DNA of 64,000 bases from an uncultured Desulfospira sp. (lineage in GTDB: Bacteria > Desulfobacterota > Desulfobacteria > Desulfobacterales > Desulfobacteraceae), in NCBI GenBank assembly GCA_963663165.1, contig OY760175.1:3328001-3392000 (forward strand), in the 5' to 3' direction. This document shows, in pieces, positions 1 through 9,621 of this stretch (position 1 is its first letter; every line of letters begins with the position of its first letter). Made by a program: the position numbers and the translations under genes. Under the pieces are notes generated by a model, which made no database searches, was not told where the DNA came from, and saw nothing but the letters and a program-made list of their open reading frames with translations.

Positions 1-3
1 TCC

Positions 4-930
4 ATGGCATCCAACCGGGGCATGTTCAATGCCATCGGCGCCATTGCCTTTTCCATGGTCGGGGCCAAGACCATTGATCTGTTAGGAAACGGAGATAAGG
101 CCATGGGATGCACCCTGACCGTTATCGCCGCCGGCATCCTGATGATCTTCTGCTACTGGGTCATCTTTGCCATGACCAAAGATTATGCCTATCATCCGAA
201 AGCTGCCGGTACTTCTGAGGCTGCAAAAGCCGATAAAATGCCCGTTAGTGAAATGCTCAAACAAATCATTGTCAACCCGCCCCTGATTGGCCTTATGCTG
301 GCGGAGTTAGGGCGGTACCTGGGACGGTTTATCATTTTCGGACTGGCCTTCTACTACTTTAAATATGTGGTTAACAGCCTGGCCTCTATTGCCATCTTCT
401 TTACCGGCCTGAACGTGGTCTGTTTTTTCGGCGCCATGGCCACGGCCCCCCTGGCCAAAAAATTCGGCGAACGGAACACCTACATGCTGTCACTGGCCAT
501 TTTCATTATCGGTTTGATGGCGGTCTGGATCATGCCCATGAACCATATGTCCTTTATGGTTGTCATGTTTGTGGCCTATCTGGGATACGGCATGCCCGAT
601 GCCCTCAGTGTTGCCATGTATTCGGCCACCGTGGATTACGGTGAGTGGAAAACCGGGAAAAACGCCAGGGGATTTATCATGTCCCTGATCAGTTTCCCCA
701 TTAAAACCGCTATCTTTGTCAGAAGCGTTGTGATCACCGGGATCCTCGTATCCGCCGGCTATGTGGCGGATATGGCGGCCACACCTGAACTGATTCAGGG
801 GATCAAAAACGGAATCGCTTTGGTGCCGGCACTGTTTATCGGTGCAGGCCTTGTCATCATTCTGCTGCTTTACCGGATTACGCCCGAAAAGCTGCAGCAA
901 ATGCAAGAGGAGATTGCCTCCCGTAAATAA
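4..930 (+). CDS. MFS transporter, glycoside-pentoside-hexuronide (MelB-like) family, 5'-truncated by window edge
   Basis: Multiple TM helices; motif 'YSATVDYGEWKTGKNARG' typical of GPH symporters; C-terminal 'YRITPEKLQQM'. Confidence 0.85.
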   Translation: MASNRGMFNAIGAIAFSMVGAKTIDLLGNGDKAMGCTLTVIAAGILMIFCYWVIFAMTKDYAYHPKAAGTSEAAKADKMPVSEMLKQIIVNPPLIGLMLAELGRYLGRFIIFGLAFYYFKYVVNSLASIAIFFTGLNVVCFFGAMATAPLAKKFGERNTYMLSLAIFIIGLMAVWIMPMNHMSFMVVMFVAYLGYGMPDALSVAMYSATVDYGEWKTGKNARGFIMSLISFPIKTAIFVRSVVITGILVSAGYVADMAATPELIQGIKNGIALVPALFIGAGLVIILLLYRITPEKLQQMQEEIASRK

Positions 931-938
931 GGCGGCTT

Positions 939-991
939 AAGGGAAGCCTGATGCTTCAGGCAGGTTACCTAAGGACAGGCTTCCCTTTTTC
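939..991 (+). terminator. Intrinsic terminator-like hairpin
   Basis: AAGGGAAGCCTG...CAGGCTTCCCTT stem followed by T-run after the MFS stop. Confidence 0.55.
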
Positions 992-1112
992 ATCACTCGC
1001 GAAAGCCCAATTAACGAAAATATGACATAAAACCGCAAAAGGGCCCTAAGGCCATACAAAAATTTTATACCGGGGACCGTGTCCCCCCTGACAATACAGA
1101 AGGAGTAAACAG

Positions 1113-1916
1113 ATGATCATCATAGGAGAAAAGATCAATGGTGCCATCCCTTCCGTGGCAGAGGCCATTGCCAAAAAGGATGGTGAATTCATCAAAAACC
1201 TGGCCAAAACCCAATCTGATGCCGGTTCTCATTTTATTGATGTCTGTGCATCCACCGATGTCAAAATCGAACTTGAGACCATGAAATGGCTCATCGATCT
1301 GGTCCAGGAAGTCACTGACACCCCCATTGCCGTAGACAGCCCCGATGCCGGGATCTGTGCTGCGGCCATGGACTTTTGCAACAAGCCCGGCCTGATCAAT
1401 TCCGTATCCATGGAAGGGGACAAAATAGATGTGGTGTTCCCTAAAATCACCGGTACCAAATGGGAATGCGCGGCCCTGCTTTGCGATGACACCGGGATTC
1501 CCAAAACCGGAGAAAAACGTCTGGAAGTTTTTGAAGACATCATGAAAAAGGCCAAAGAATATAACATCGACCCTTCCCGCCTGCACATTGACCCCCTGGT
1601 AGAAATGCTCTGTACTTCTGAAGACGGCATCAATACCATTCTGGACGTGATGAAAACCATTAAAAAGCAATACCCCACCATCCACATCACCGGCGGGGCC
1701 AGCAATATTTCCTTTAACCTGCCGGCCAGAAAATTTGTCAACCAGGCCTTTCTTATCCTGGCCATGGGGGCCGGTATGGACAGCGCCATTATCAACCCCT
1801 TGCACAAACACATGATGGGGCTGATCTATGCCACCGAAGCCCTCAAGGGATTGGACGAGTACTGCATGGAATATATTAACGGATACAGAGACGGGCTGTT
1901 TGGCCCTGTAAAATAG
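1113..1916 (+). CDS. Methyltetrahydrofolate:corrinoid methyltransferase (pterin-binding, AcsE/MT2-like)
   Basis: MIIIGEKING start, 'IAVDS', 'INSVS', 'IDPLV', 'GASNISFNLP', 'GMDSAIINP' motifs; RBS AGGAG. Confidence 0.9.
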   Translation: MIIIGEKINGAIPSVAEAIAKKDGEFIKNLAKTQSDAGSHFIDVCASTDVKIELETMKWLIDLVQEVTDTPIAVDSPDAGICAAAMDFCNKPGLINSVSMEGDKIDVVFPKITGTKWECAALLCDDTGIPKTGEKRLEVFEDIMKKAKEYNIDPSRLHIDPLVEMLCTSEDGINTILDVMKTIKKQYPTIHITGGASNISFNLPARKFVNQAFLILAMGAGMDSAIINPLHKHMMGLIYATEALKGLDEYCMEYINGYRDGLFGPVK

Positions 1917-1973
1917 TAGTCCGTTTGATGTTTAAAACGATTAACACATAAGCAAGATGTAAGGATATACAAC

Positions 1974-2612
1974 ATGTCTAAAATAGAAGAAGTCAAAACA
2001 AATGTGGAAAAAGGCAAAACCAAACTGGTCCCCGGACTGGTTCAGGAGGCCATTGATGAGGGGGATAAGCCCTCAGACATTCTCCAGGCAATGGTGGACG
2101 GTATGGGCGTGGTGGGAGACAAGTTTTCCGCCGGCACCATTTTTGTTCCTGAAATGCTGATCGCTGCCAAGGCCATGGCCAAAGGCGTTGAAATCCTCAA
2201 GCCCCTCATGGCCGGTGAAGACAGCGGACCCTCCCTGGGGACATGTATCATCGGAACCGTTCAGGGGGACCTTCACGATATCGGCAAAAACCTGGTGGCC
2301 ATGATGGTGGAAAGTGCGGGATTCAACATGATTGATCTCGGGGTGGACGTGTCTCCGGAAAAGTTCATCGACGCCATTAAATCCAATGAACACGTGACCC
2401 TGGTGGCCTGTTCCGGACTGTTGTCCACCACCATGCCGGCCTTGAAAGATACCGTGGAACAGATTAAATCCTGCGGTGTCAACGGATTTAAGGTGATCGT
2501 CGGGGGGGCCCCCGTGACCCAGGCCTTTGCCGATGAAATCGGTGCGGACGGCTATGCGGCGGATGCCGGCGGTGCAGCCATCAAAGCCAAAGCGCTTGTC
2601 ACCGCAGCCTAA
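1974..2612 (+). CDS. Corrinoid (B12-binding) protein
   Basis: 'FVPEMLIAA' cap domain, 'GDLHDIGKNLV' DxHxxG motif, 'VIVGGAPVT'. Confidence 0.95.
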   Translation: MSKIEEVKTNVEKGKTKLVPGLVQEAIDEGDKPSDILQAMVDGMGVVGDKFSAGTIFVPEMLIAAKAMAKGVEILKPLMAGEDSGPSLGTCIIGTVQGDLHDIGKNLVAMMVESAGFNMIDLGVDVSPEKFIDAIKSNEHVTLVACSGLLSTTMPALKDTVEQIKSCGVNGFKVIVGGAPVTQAFADEIGADGYAADAGGAAIKAKALVTAA

Positions 2613-2636
2613 CTGAATAATAAGGAGGTTCACATC

Positions 2637-3614
2637 ATGTTGACCAAACGACAAAACCTGATTGAAACCATGAAAGGCGGGAATCCGGACCGGTTCGTCA
2701 ACCAGTACGAATTTATGGATATCATCCTGGAAGCACCGCGCAGAATTAAACCCCAGCCCGGGCAGACCATTGTCAATGAATGGGGCATTACCTACAGCTG
2801 GCCCAAAGACCAGTTGGGCGCATTCCCCGTGCATACCGAAGAACTCAAAGCACTTAAAGACATCACCAGGTGGAAAGAACAAATCAAGGTGCCTTCAGTG
2901 ATTTTCCCGGAAGATCAATGGGAGGCCGCCATAAAGCATGCCCGGTCCGTGGATAGAAATGACAAATACGTGGCCATCTTTTATGCCCCCGGTATTTTTG
3001 AAATGACCCATAGTCTTATGGGGATGGAAGACGCCATGATGGGGCTTTACGAAGAACCTGAACATATGGTCGAGCTCATTGATATGCTCTGTGAGTATGA
3101 AATTGCCCATGCCAAAGAGGTGGTCAAGTATCTTAAACCCGATGCCCTGTTCCACCATGACGACTGGGGCAGCCAGATCTCGTCTTTCATGTCCCCGGAT
3201 ATGTTTGAGGAATTTTATGTGCCGGCGTACAAGAAGGTCTATGGATTCTGGAAAGACAACGGGGTTGAGCTCATCGTCCACCACAGTGACTCCTACGCGG
3301 CCAACCTGGTGCCCTTTATGATTGAAATGGGAATTGATATCTGGCAGGGGGTGATGACCACCAACAACACCCCGGAGCTGATCAAGCAGTATGGCGGGCA
3401 GATCACCTTTATGGGGCAGCTGGATTCAGGGCCCTTGGACAACCAGGACTGGTGTGAGGAAGCCATTGAAAAAGCCGTGGAAAAAGTCTGCACCGAATGT
3501 GGTAAACAGTATTTCATCCCCTGCCTGACCCAGGGGCTTCATTTCAGCTCTTTCCCCGGCGTTTATGATGCCGCCACAAAGGCCATCGATAAAATGAGCA
3601 AAAAAATGTTCTAA
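2637..3614 (+). CDS. Uroporphyrinogen-decarboxylase-fold methyltransferase (MT1, O-demethylase-like)
   Basis: 'MLTKRQNL', 'HHDDWGSQ', 'HHSDS', 'IDIWQG', 'IPC' motifs; operon with corrinoid protein and MT2. Confidence 0.85.
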   Translation: MLTKRQNLIETMKGGNPDRFVNQYEFMDIILEAPRRIKPQPGQTIVNEWGITYSWPKDQLGAFPVHTEELKALKDITRWKEQIKVPSVIFPEDQWEAAIKHARSVDRNDKYVAIFYAPGIFEMTHSLMGMEDAMMGLYEEPEHMVELIDMLCEYEIAHAKEVVKYLKPDALFHHDDWGSQISSFMSPDMFEEFYVPAYKKVYGFWKDNGVELIVHHSDSYAANLVPFMIEMGIDIWQGVMTTNNTPELIKQYGGQITFMGQLDSGPLDNQDWCEEAIEKAVEKVCTECGKQYFIPCLTQGLHFSSFPGVYDAATKAIDKMSKKMF

Positions 3615-3650
3615 GCATTAGACCATTCACTTTGGCAGGCTCGAAAAGAT

Positions 3651-3727
3651 GGAGACCGGAAACGGGAAACTGGAGACTGGATGTTACGCATCCGGTTTCC
3701 TGTCTTCGGTTTCCGGTCTCCTTTTTT
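3651..3727. repeat. Palindromic heptamer tandem repeat (GGA[GA]AC[CT] units) with T-tail, probable terminator
   Basis: ggagaccggaaacgggaaactggagactggatg...catccggtttcctgtcttcggtttccggtctcc then TTTTTT; related units at 22110-22172, 32875-32936, 61575-61606. Confidence 0.7.
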
Positions 3728-4076
3728 CATTGGCCACCTGTACACACCTATTCTTACTTTAAAAAATTAATTCGTTAAATTTGCCCTTGCATTTAATCCT
3801 GCTTTGGCTCGAATTCATGGGCTGAACCAAGCGCAAAATTAAGCACTGTTCATGCGGGTGCAAAAGAATATTTTTTGTTAACAGCCAGTTAAAAAAGGCC
3901 TGTGGTTTTTCCAACCCCTTGGGTCGTATTTTCATTCCCGGTGACCCGGATGTTTCGCCGGTGCGTTCCTGGCAAACAGGCGGTCATGGATTATTTTTTC
4001 ATGTCAATTTGGATAGCCTTTCGCAAGTGAATGTGTTATTTATTACACAATTCAACTTCAAAAGGAGGATCACCCT

Positions 4077-5333
4077 ATGTTCAGAAAAAATATTGTTCTA
4101 AATTTTATTTTAATTGCAGGCCTTTGTGCCATGATGCTTCAATTTTACGGCTGCAGCGGAATGATGAAAGCAAACCATTTGATTGCGCAGGAAAAATATG
4201 ATGAAGCCATACCGGTCTTGAAAGAACAGATCGCCGAAAACCCGGACTCTGTCCAAGCAAAAAACAGGCTTGGATTTGCCTATTTAAAAACCGGCCGGAT
4301 GGATGAGGCCATTCAGGAATTTGAGGAGGTTTTAAATTTATCACCTGGCGAACCCGAGGCTGTTTTATACCTGGGAATGGCCTATCTGAATAAGGAAGAG
4401 CTGGACAAGGCCATAGACACCTGGCAGGGATACAGAAATGACAAAGCGCCCCTGGTAGAAGAAGAAATTAACCGCCTGATGACCATCCTGCTCATCGCCC
4501 AGAGTCAACAGTCGGCCAAGACAGCCATTGCACAGGAGTCTCAGCTGAGCGCTAAAAAGGCTGATGCCAATTCAATTGCCGTGTGTTATTTCAACGACCT
4601 TTCAGCAGACAAATCCCTGGGGGCTTTCCAGAAAGGCCTGGCCGCAATGGTCACCACAGATCTATCCAAACTTGGAAAATTTAAAGTCGTTGAGCGCCTG
4701 CGCCTTCAGGCGTTGCTGCAGGAAATGAAATTGGGACAAACCGGTATCGTTGACCCAAGTACGGCCCCGAGAATCGGAAAGCTTCTCGGCACCGAAACCC
4801 TGGTGACGGGGAACCTGTCTTTAGGCAGCATCCGGGTGGTCACCTCCTTGTCCTCCTCAAGCAGAGAAAAAGTGGTGGGATCTGCCAATATCAGGGTGGC
4901 CCAGGAAGATTTTTATAACCTGCCGGGACAGATTATCCAGAACTGTGCCGATATTCTCGGAATAAAGTTGAATGCCATGGAGCAGAAAGCCATCCATGTG
5001 CCCCATACAAAAGTTTATAAGGCGTTTATTCACTATGGCCAGGCCATTGATGCTTTGGATGCCGGGAAGTGGCAGGATGCCAAAAACTTTTTTGAAATGG
5101 CGTTAAAAGCAGACCCCAATTTCGATCTTGCCAAAATGGGAAGTGATTCATGTCCTGGACCTGCCGCACCTGGAGTGAATGCCATCAGCGCGATGACGGT
5201 TTCCAATATCGCACAACAGGCTGCGACTTCGGTCTCTACGGCTGAAGAAGCACAGGAAAGTGCGAATTCCGAGGCCAGCGGCTCCGGCGGGTTCGGCTCA
5301 AGCGACAGCGATGGCGGTGGAGGATCATATTGA
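4077..5333 (+). CDS. TPR-repeat lipoprotein with CsgG/FlgO-like domain
   Basis: Lipobox-like 'FYGC', TPR helices, 'IAVCYF..GLAAMVTTDL..FKVVER..L..LLQEMKLGQTG.VD..TA..IGKLLG' CsgG/FlgO signature. Confidence 0.8.
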   Translation: MFRKNIVLNFILIAGLCAMMLQFYGCSGMMKANHLIAQEKYDEAIPVLKEQIAENPDSVQAKNRLGFAYLKTGRMDEAIQEFEEVLNLSPGEPEAVLYLGMAYLNKEELDKAIDTWQGYRNDKAPLVEEEINRLMTILLIAQSQQSAKTAIAQESQLSAKKADANSIAVCYFNDLSADKSLGAFQKGLAAMVTTDLSKLGKFKVVERLRLQALLQEMKLGQTGIVDPSTAPRIGKLLGTETLVTGNLSLGSIRVVTSLSSSSREKVVGSANIRVAQEDFYNLPGQIIQNCADILGIKLNAMEQKAIHVPHTKVYKAFIHYGQAIDALDAGKWQDAKNFFEMALKADPNFDLAKMGSDSCPGPAAPGVNAISAMTVSNIAQQAATSVSTAEEAQESANSEASGSGGFGSSDSDGGGGSY

Positions 5334-5453
5334 TCCCTTTTGTACCGTCAATACGGTTTTGATCATGAATATTTAACATAAAGGCAGGGCCGGTTGTTTC
5401 AAGGCCTTGCCTTAGACATCAGGCCTGTCAAGAAAAATAGAGGAGAGCTGTTT

Positions 5454-6173
5454 ATGAAAATTATCAGTAAGACTGTGACCATGGCAGTGATGGCCGTGCT
5501 TCTGGCAGCATCCGGATGGATCGATGCCGCAGGGGCGGGCACCGTCGGGTCCGGTAATACTGAGGGCGGCCAATCCGTTGAAACGCTGGCTATTTTACCC
5601 TTTGAAAATAATTCCGTGACTGACCCTGACCGATACGCTCCTCTGAGTAAGGGGCTTTCAGCCATGCTGATAACCGATCTTAACAAAAACGCGCCGTCCA
5701 TGAAGCTGATTGAACGCGGAAAGATAGCGGCCCTGTTAAAGGAGGTCGCCTTAAGCCAGAGCGGCGCCGTAGATGATTCCACCGCCGTCCAGGCGGGGAA
5801 AGTTTTAGGGGCCCAGTGTATTGCCTTTGGCTCATTTATGGTCATCGGCAAACAGGTCCGCATTGACACCAGGATCATCAAGGTTGAAACCTCGGCACTG
5901 GTGATGGCTGAATCCATCAGCGGAAAATGCAATGACTTTATGACCCTTGAGCAGGATCTGGCCAAAAAGATCGCAGACTCCTTCAACGTGGGGTTAAACA
6001 CGAAAGACATGAAGTCCGGCAGTGACATTGAAGCGGCGCTTTATTTCTCAGAAGGGCTGGACCTGCTGGATAAAGGGGACAAGGCCGGGGCCAAAAAAAT
6101 GTTCAAAGAATGTATTAAGCTGGATCCCGCTTATAAATCGCAAGTGGACAATGCACAGGGCCAAAAGCTATGA
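5454..6173 (+). CDS. CsgG/HfaB/FlgO-fold periplasmic protein with C-terminal TPR
   Basis: 'LAILPFEN..GLSAMLITDL..LIER..LLKEVALSQSG.VD..TAVQAGKVLGA'; start reset to ATG 5454 after AGGAG RBS. Confidence 0.8.
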   Translation: MKIISKTVTMAVMAVLLAASGWIDAAGAGTVGSGNTEGGQSVETLAILPFENNSVTDPDRYAPLSKGLSAMLITDLNKNAPSMKLIERGKIAALLKEVALSQSGAVDDSTAVQAGKVLGAQCIAFGSFMVIGKQVRIDTRIIKVETSALVMAESISGKCNDFMTLEQDLAKKIADSFNVGLNTKDMKSGSDIEAALYFSEGLDLLDKGDKAGAKKMFKECIKLDPAYKSQVDNAQGQKL

Positions 6174-7300
6174 AAAAAATACTGTTAATCATCCTGTTTA
6201 TTATGTCTGCTTTTTGTTTGTCCACCGGGGTGCAGGCCGGTGATAAAGTTGTCGAGGCGGAAGGAAGCAGCGATTTATCCCGTGATGATGCGGCCCGGCG
6301 TGCCATGGTCGCTGCCGTGGAACAGGCCGTCGGGGTATTTGTTCATTCTGAGACTGAAGTGGAGAATTTTGAACTCAAAAAAGATAAAATCCTCTCCCGT
6401 ACACAGGGGTATGTTACCCGTTATGATGTCCTCAAGGAGTGGCAGCAGGACGGTGCTTACAATATCCGCGTAAAAGCCACGGTCTCTTTGGATAAGATCA
6501 AAGACGATCTGATTGCCATGAAAATTCTGCTGGACAGTATGGAACGGCCCAAGCTCATGATCCTGATTGAAGAAAAATATGTGGATATGGGTGATATGGG
6601 CATGCGGTTTGCCGAAACAGAGCTTTCCAATATGTTCGTGGCCAAAGGATTTGATCTGGTGGACAAAGCCCAGATTGAACAGATCCAGTCCATGGACCAG
6701 GCCCGCCAGGCCCTGGCCGGAGAAGCCGATGCGGCCAAACAGCTGGGGTTGCAGTTTGGCGCCCAGTATGTGATTCTGGGGAAAGCGGTTCTTCAGGATG
6801 CGGGGGAAGCTTATCCCGGCAGTGGTCTGAAATCAATTCAGGGCAGTCTTCAGGTAAAGGTTCTTCAAACCCATACCGGACTGATGCTGGGCTCTGCGGT
6901 TAAAACCGGCGTTGCCGCACATATCAGTCCGTTAACCGGGGCAACAAAGGCCATGAAGGATGCCGCCGGCAAAGCAATGGATGAATACCTGCTGGATACC
7001 ATTACCAATTCATTCCAGGATTTTCTCAACAACGGCTCCCCTTTGAAGCTTTATGTCTCCGGGGTTAAATCCTTTCAAACATATAAGCAGGTCGCCGCCG
7101 GTGTTGAATCCCTGGAAAAAATGGTCAGCAGTAAAAAGGACGGCTGGAATAAAGCCGGCGGCGTACTGGTTCTGGACCTTCGGTTTAAAGGCGTCAGTGA
7201 GGAACTGGCCGATCTCCTGGATGGAAAAAAGCTTGCTAAAGGAAGCCTTGAGGTCGTGGACCTGGCACCGGACCGAGTGGATTGCAATTATTTGGAATAA
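6170..7300 (+). CDS. FlgT N-terminal-domain-like secreted protein
   Basis: Signal peptide; 'VEAEG...A.RRA..AVEQAVGVFVHSET.VENF...D.I...TQGYV..Y.VL.E' pattern; overlaps upstream stop (ATGA). Confidence 0.7.
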   Translation: MKKILLIILFIMSAFCLSTGVQAGDKVVEAEGSSDLSRDDAARRAMVAAVEQAVGVFVHSETEVENFELKKDKILSRTQGYVTRYDVLKEWQQDGAYNIRVKATVSLDKIKDDLIAMKILLDSMERPKLMILIEEKYVDMGDMGMRFAETELSNMFVAKGFDLVDKAQIEQIQSMDQARQALAGEADAAKQLGLQFGAQYVILGKAVLQDAGEAYPGSGLKSIQGSLQVKVLQTHTGLMLGSAVKTGVAAHISPLTGATKAMKDAAGKAMDEYLLDTITNSFQDFLNNGSPLKLYVSGVKSFQTYKQVAAGVESLEKMVSSKKDGWNKAGGVLVLDLRFKGVSEELADLLDGKKLAKGSLEVVDLAPDRVDCNYLE

Positions 7301-7387
7301 TGGCGGCAGGCGTTTGTTCAGGTTGGCATGAAACAGACGCCTGCCCGGCGATATTGGTTTAACGTCAAAGGAAGTAAGGGACGTTTT

Positions 7388-7789
7388 ATGATCAAGTTGA
7401 TAAAAATTGTGAGTTTTCTCCTATTGGGTTGTCTTTATCTTTCCTGCACGGCTGCGGCTGGAACAAGCCGGTTCTCCAGCCCGCCTAAAACAGTAAAACC
7501 CATTCAATATGAAGTCAGTGATTTATCGGCCAATACCTTTTCAAACAACACCCTTTTGCACGTTTCAGGAAAAATCAAGAACACCTCTTTTTACCCCATA
7601 CAAGGATATGTCATCATTCGGTTTCAAGATATCGGCCATTCGAATCTGGGATATGTAGAAGCAGACTTGAATCAGAACCGCCTTTTGCAGCACAACGAAT
7701 TGGGCGACTTTGAAATCAGCGTCAACATTCAAAATGAACCCGATATCCAGTCTGTATCCGTAGAGTTTGTAAGCACCGTGGGCCGCTGA
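7388..7789 (+). CDS. Secreted/lipoprotein with FxLYD-like Ig domain
   Basis: Signal peptide; 'VSGKIKNTS...V.IRFQD' beta-sandwich pattern. Confidence 0.5.
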   Translation: MIKLIKIVSFLLLGCLYLSCTAAAGTSRFSSPPKTVKPIQYEVSDLSANTFSNNTLLHVSGKIKNTSFYPIQGYVIIRFQDIGHSNLGYVEADLNQNRLLQHNELGDFEISVNIQNEPDIQSVSVEFVSTVGR

Positions 7790-7810
7790 CCCGGACATGT
7801 CATGACGTTT

Positions 7811-9307
7811 TTAGTGTTGAAATTTCAGGGATCGGTCTGAAGAAATTTTATACTTTTTGAGAATTCTTTCGTTGGATTCTTCTACCGCGGTTTTGTTTAA
7901 AACGATTTTAAAGCCTCGGATATCTTCAATCACATGATAATCCTCATCCCACTGCTCAAAAGCCCTTATCAAATCCTCAAGGGTGGCGATGGGCTGCCCG
8001 TTGACCTTTGAAATGATGCCGTTGATAAATTCATGATATCCGATATTGACATCATCGGGCAGGACCTGGGCCAGCATTACGATATCTTTCTGGCGTTTGC
8101 TGGGGACGCCGTTATAAAACAGGTTTAACAGTTCGGTGGGGGCATTTAAATAGAAGTCCCCGTCACCGCTGCCGTATTCGTAAAGGTAATTCATGGACAG
8201 TGCCTCAAACACCAGGCCGCCGATAATATAAAATTCCGGTTCTGTTTCGTATTGCCGGTAAGGAACAAGACGGCAGCAATGAAGGGCTTTGGTTAACGGC
8301 AGTGTGATGGACAGACGTTTTCCCTTTCTAAACACATCAAGAGAAACTGAATCGTTGATCTGCTTTTCCTGGATCACAAAGCCCAGATAGGTTCTTTCCC
8401 CTTTCCTGAATTCAATGGTACCGTCATTGTCAATATCAAAGTCATCAATTTTTAACAGCACATCACTGTCTTCAAGATACCCCAGGGCAGGCGAATTCGG
8501 ATAAATAGCGTTCACCAGAACACCGGTCTGGGTATCGCTCATTTGATAGAATTCCCTCATGTCCTGATTTTCCAGTTTCTGCATGGAGATTCCTAGTTCA
8601 GGAATGCCGTCCAGATGATTGTCGGCAATATCTTCAAGAAAATGGCGCACCACCGGAATGGGGATCATAAAGCCGATATTCTCCGTTTGAGGGCCATAAT
8701 GATTCTGGAAGGCAATGCCCGCAATTTTTCCATCTTTGAAAATAGGCCCCCCGCTGTTCCCATGGTTGAGGGATGCGTCCAGCTGGCAGGCGATCAGGTA
8801 AGATCCGGCATGTTTATAATTTTTATGCTCCACCCGTGAGACCACTCCCTTTGTAATGGAAAGTTTGTCTCCGCCTTCGGGAAACCCATAGGCATAGACC
8901 TCATCCTTAACCTGGGAAAACTCACCGAATTCGATAGGAACAATGCCTTTGAAAAAACCAGGATCATTCACTTTGAGAAGTGCCAGATCACTTTTATGAT
9001 CAATTAGATCAACCACTGCGGTATACCGCTTGGCCTGCCCTGATTTTCTGACCTGTAAAAATGTATTGTCGCAGACCACATGGGCGTTGGTAAGAATTCG
9101 ATTGCCGTCGATGATCACGCCGGACCCATGGCGTGAATTAATGCCTTTCATCTGCCAGGGTTCATGGTAGTTGTACTCATTAAACACCACATAAATTTTG
9201 ACAACGGTATCTTTTTCTCCGGCAAATACTGAGGCGGCGGGAATGGTGCTGCATACCATGAACCATGTCAGAAAAACCCATTTTAATCCGGCCATGGGGT
9301 TATTCAA
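7811..9307 (-). CDS. DegP/HtrA-type serine protease with PDZ domains (Deg2/Deg9-like)
   Basis: Catalytic triad motifs 'ILTNAHVV', 'SDLALL', 'LNHGNSGGP'; signal peptide. Confidence 0.92.
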   Translation of the reverse strand: MNNPMAGLKWVFLTWFMVCSTIPAASVFAGEKDTVVKIYVVFNEYNYHEPWQMKGINSRHGSGVIIDGNRILTNAHVVCDNTFLQVRKSGQAKRYTAVVDLIDHKSDLALLKVNDPGFFKGIVPIEFGEFSQVKDEVYAYGFPEGGDKLSITKGVVSRVEHKNYKHAGSYLIACQLDASLNHGNSGGPIFKDGKIAGIAFQNHYGPQTENIGFMIPIPVVRHFLEDIADNHLDGIPELGISMQKLENQDMREFYQMSDTQTGVLVNAIYPNSPALGYLEDSDVLLKIDDFDIDNDGTIEFRKGERTYLGFVIQEKQINDSVSLDVFRKGKRLSITLPLTKALHCCRLVPYRQYETEPEFYIIGGLVFEALSMNYLYEYGSGDGDFYLNAPTELLNLFYNGVPSKRQKDIVMLAQVLPDDVNIGYHEFINGIISKVNGQPIATLEDLIRAFEQWDEDYHVIEDIRGFKIVLNKTAVEESNERILKKYKISSDRSLKFQH

Positions 9308-9596
9308 TCTGGATAAAGGGCTTCTTTAAGTGATTAATAAAGATGACGGATTCATGTTCTGATTTGATCAGTCGGCTGTATACGGTTTTTGTCTCGCCGG
9401 TGGCGGTATCAATTACAAATGCGCCCACCAGAGCGCCGCCGTCCACAGGGGCCGTGGCCCACGACTGGAGTTGAAACCGTCCGTAATGGGGTGGCGGCGG
9501 CGAGTTTACCGCACCAAGAAAAAGGATGCCAAGCACCGTCAGACCAATCCCAAGCATAAAATATTGAGCCGGTTTGTTAAAATTAGGGAATTTCAT
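9300..9596 (-). CDS. Small membrane-anchored hypothetical protein
   Basis: N-terminal TM, 'GRFQL', 'FVIDTATGETK'; coupled to neighbours, RBS present. Confidence 0.6.
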   Translation of the reverse strand: MKFPNFNKPAQYFMLGIGLTVLGILFLGAVNSPPPPHYGRFQLQSWATAPVDGGALVGAFVIDTATGETKTVYSRLIKSEHESVIFINHLKKPFIQIE

Positions 9597-9621
9597 GGAA
9601 CCTTCCTAAAAAAAATATCCA

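Noticed and set aside
4077..7300. Flagellar gene cluster
   Set aside because: Only FlgO/FlgT-like folds are present; no core flagellar genes in the window
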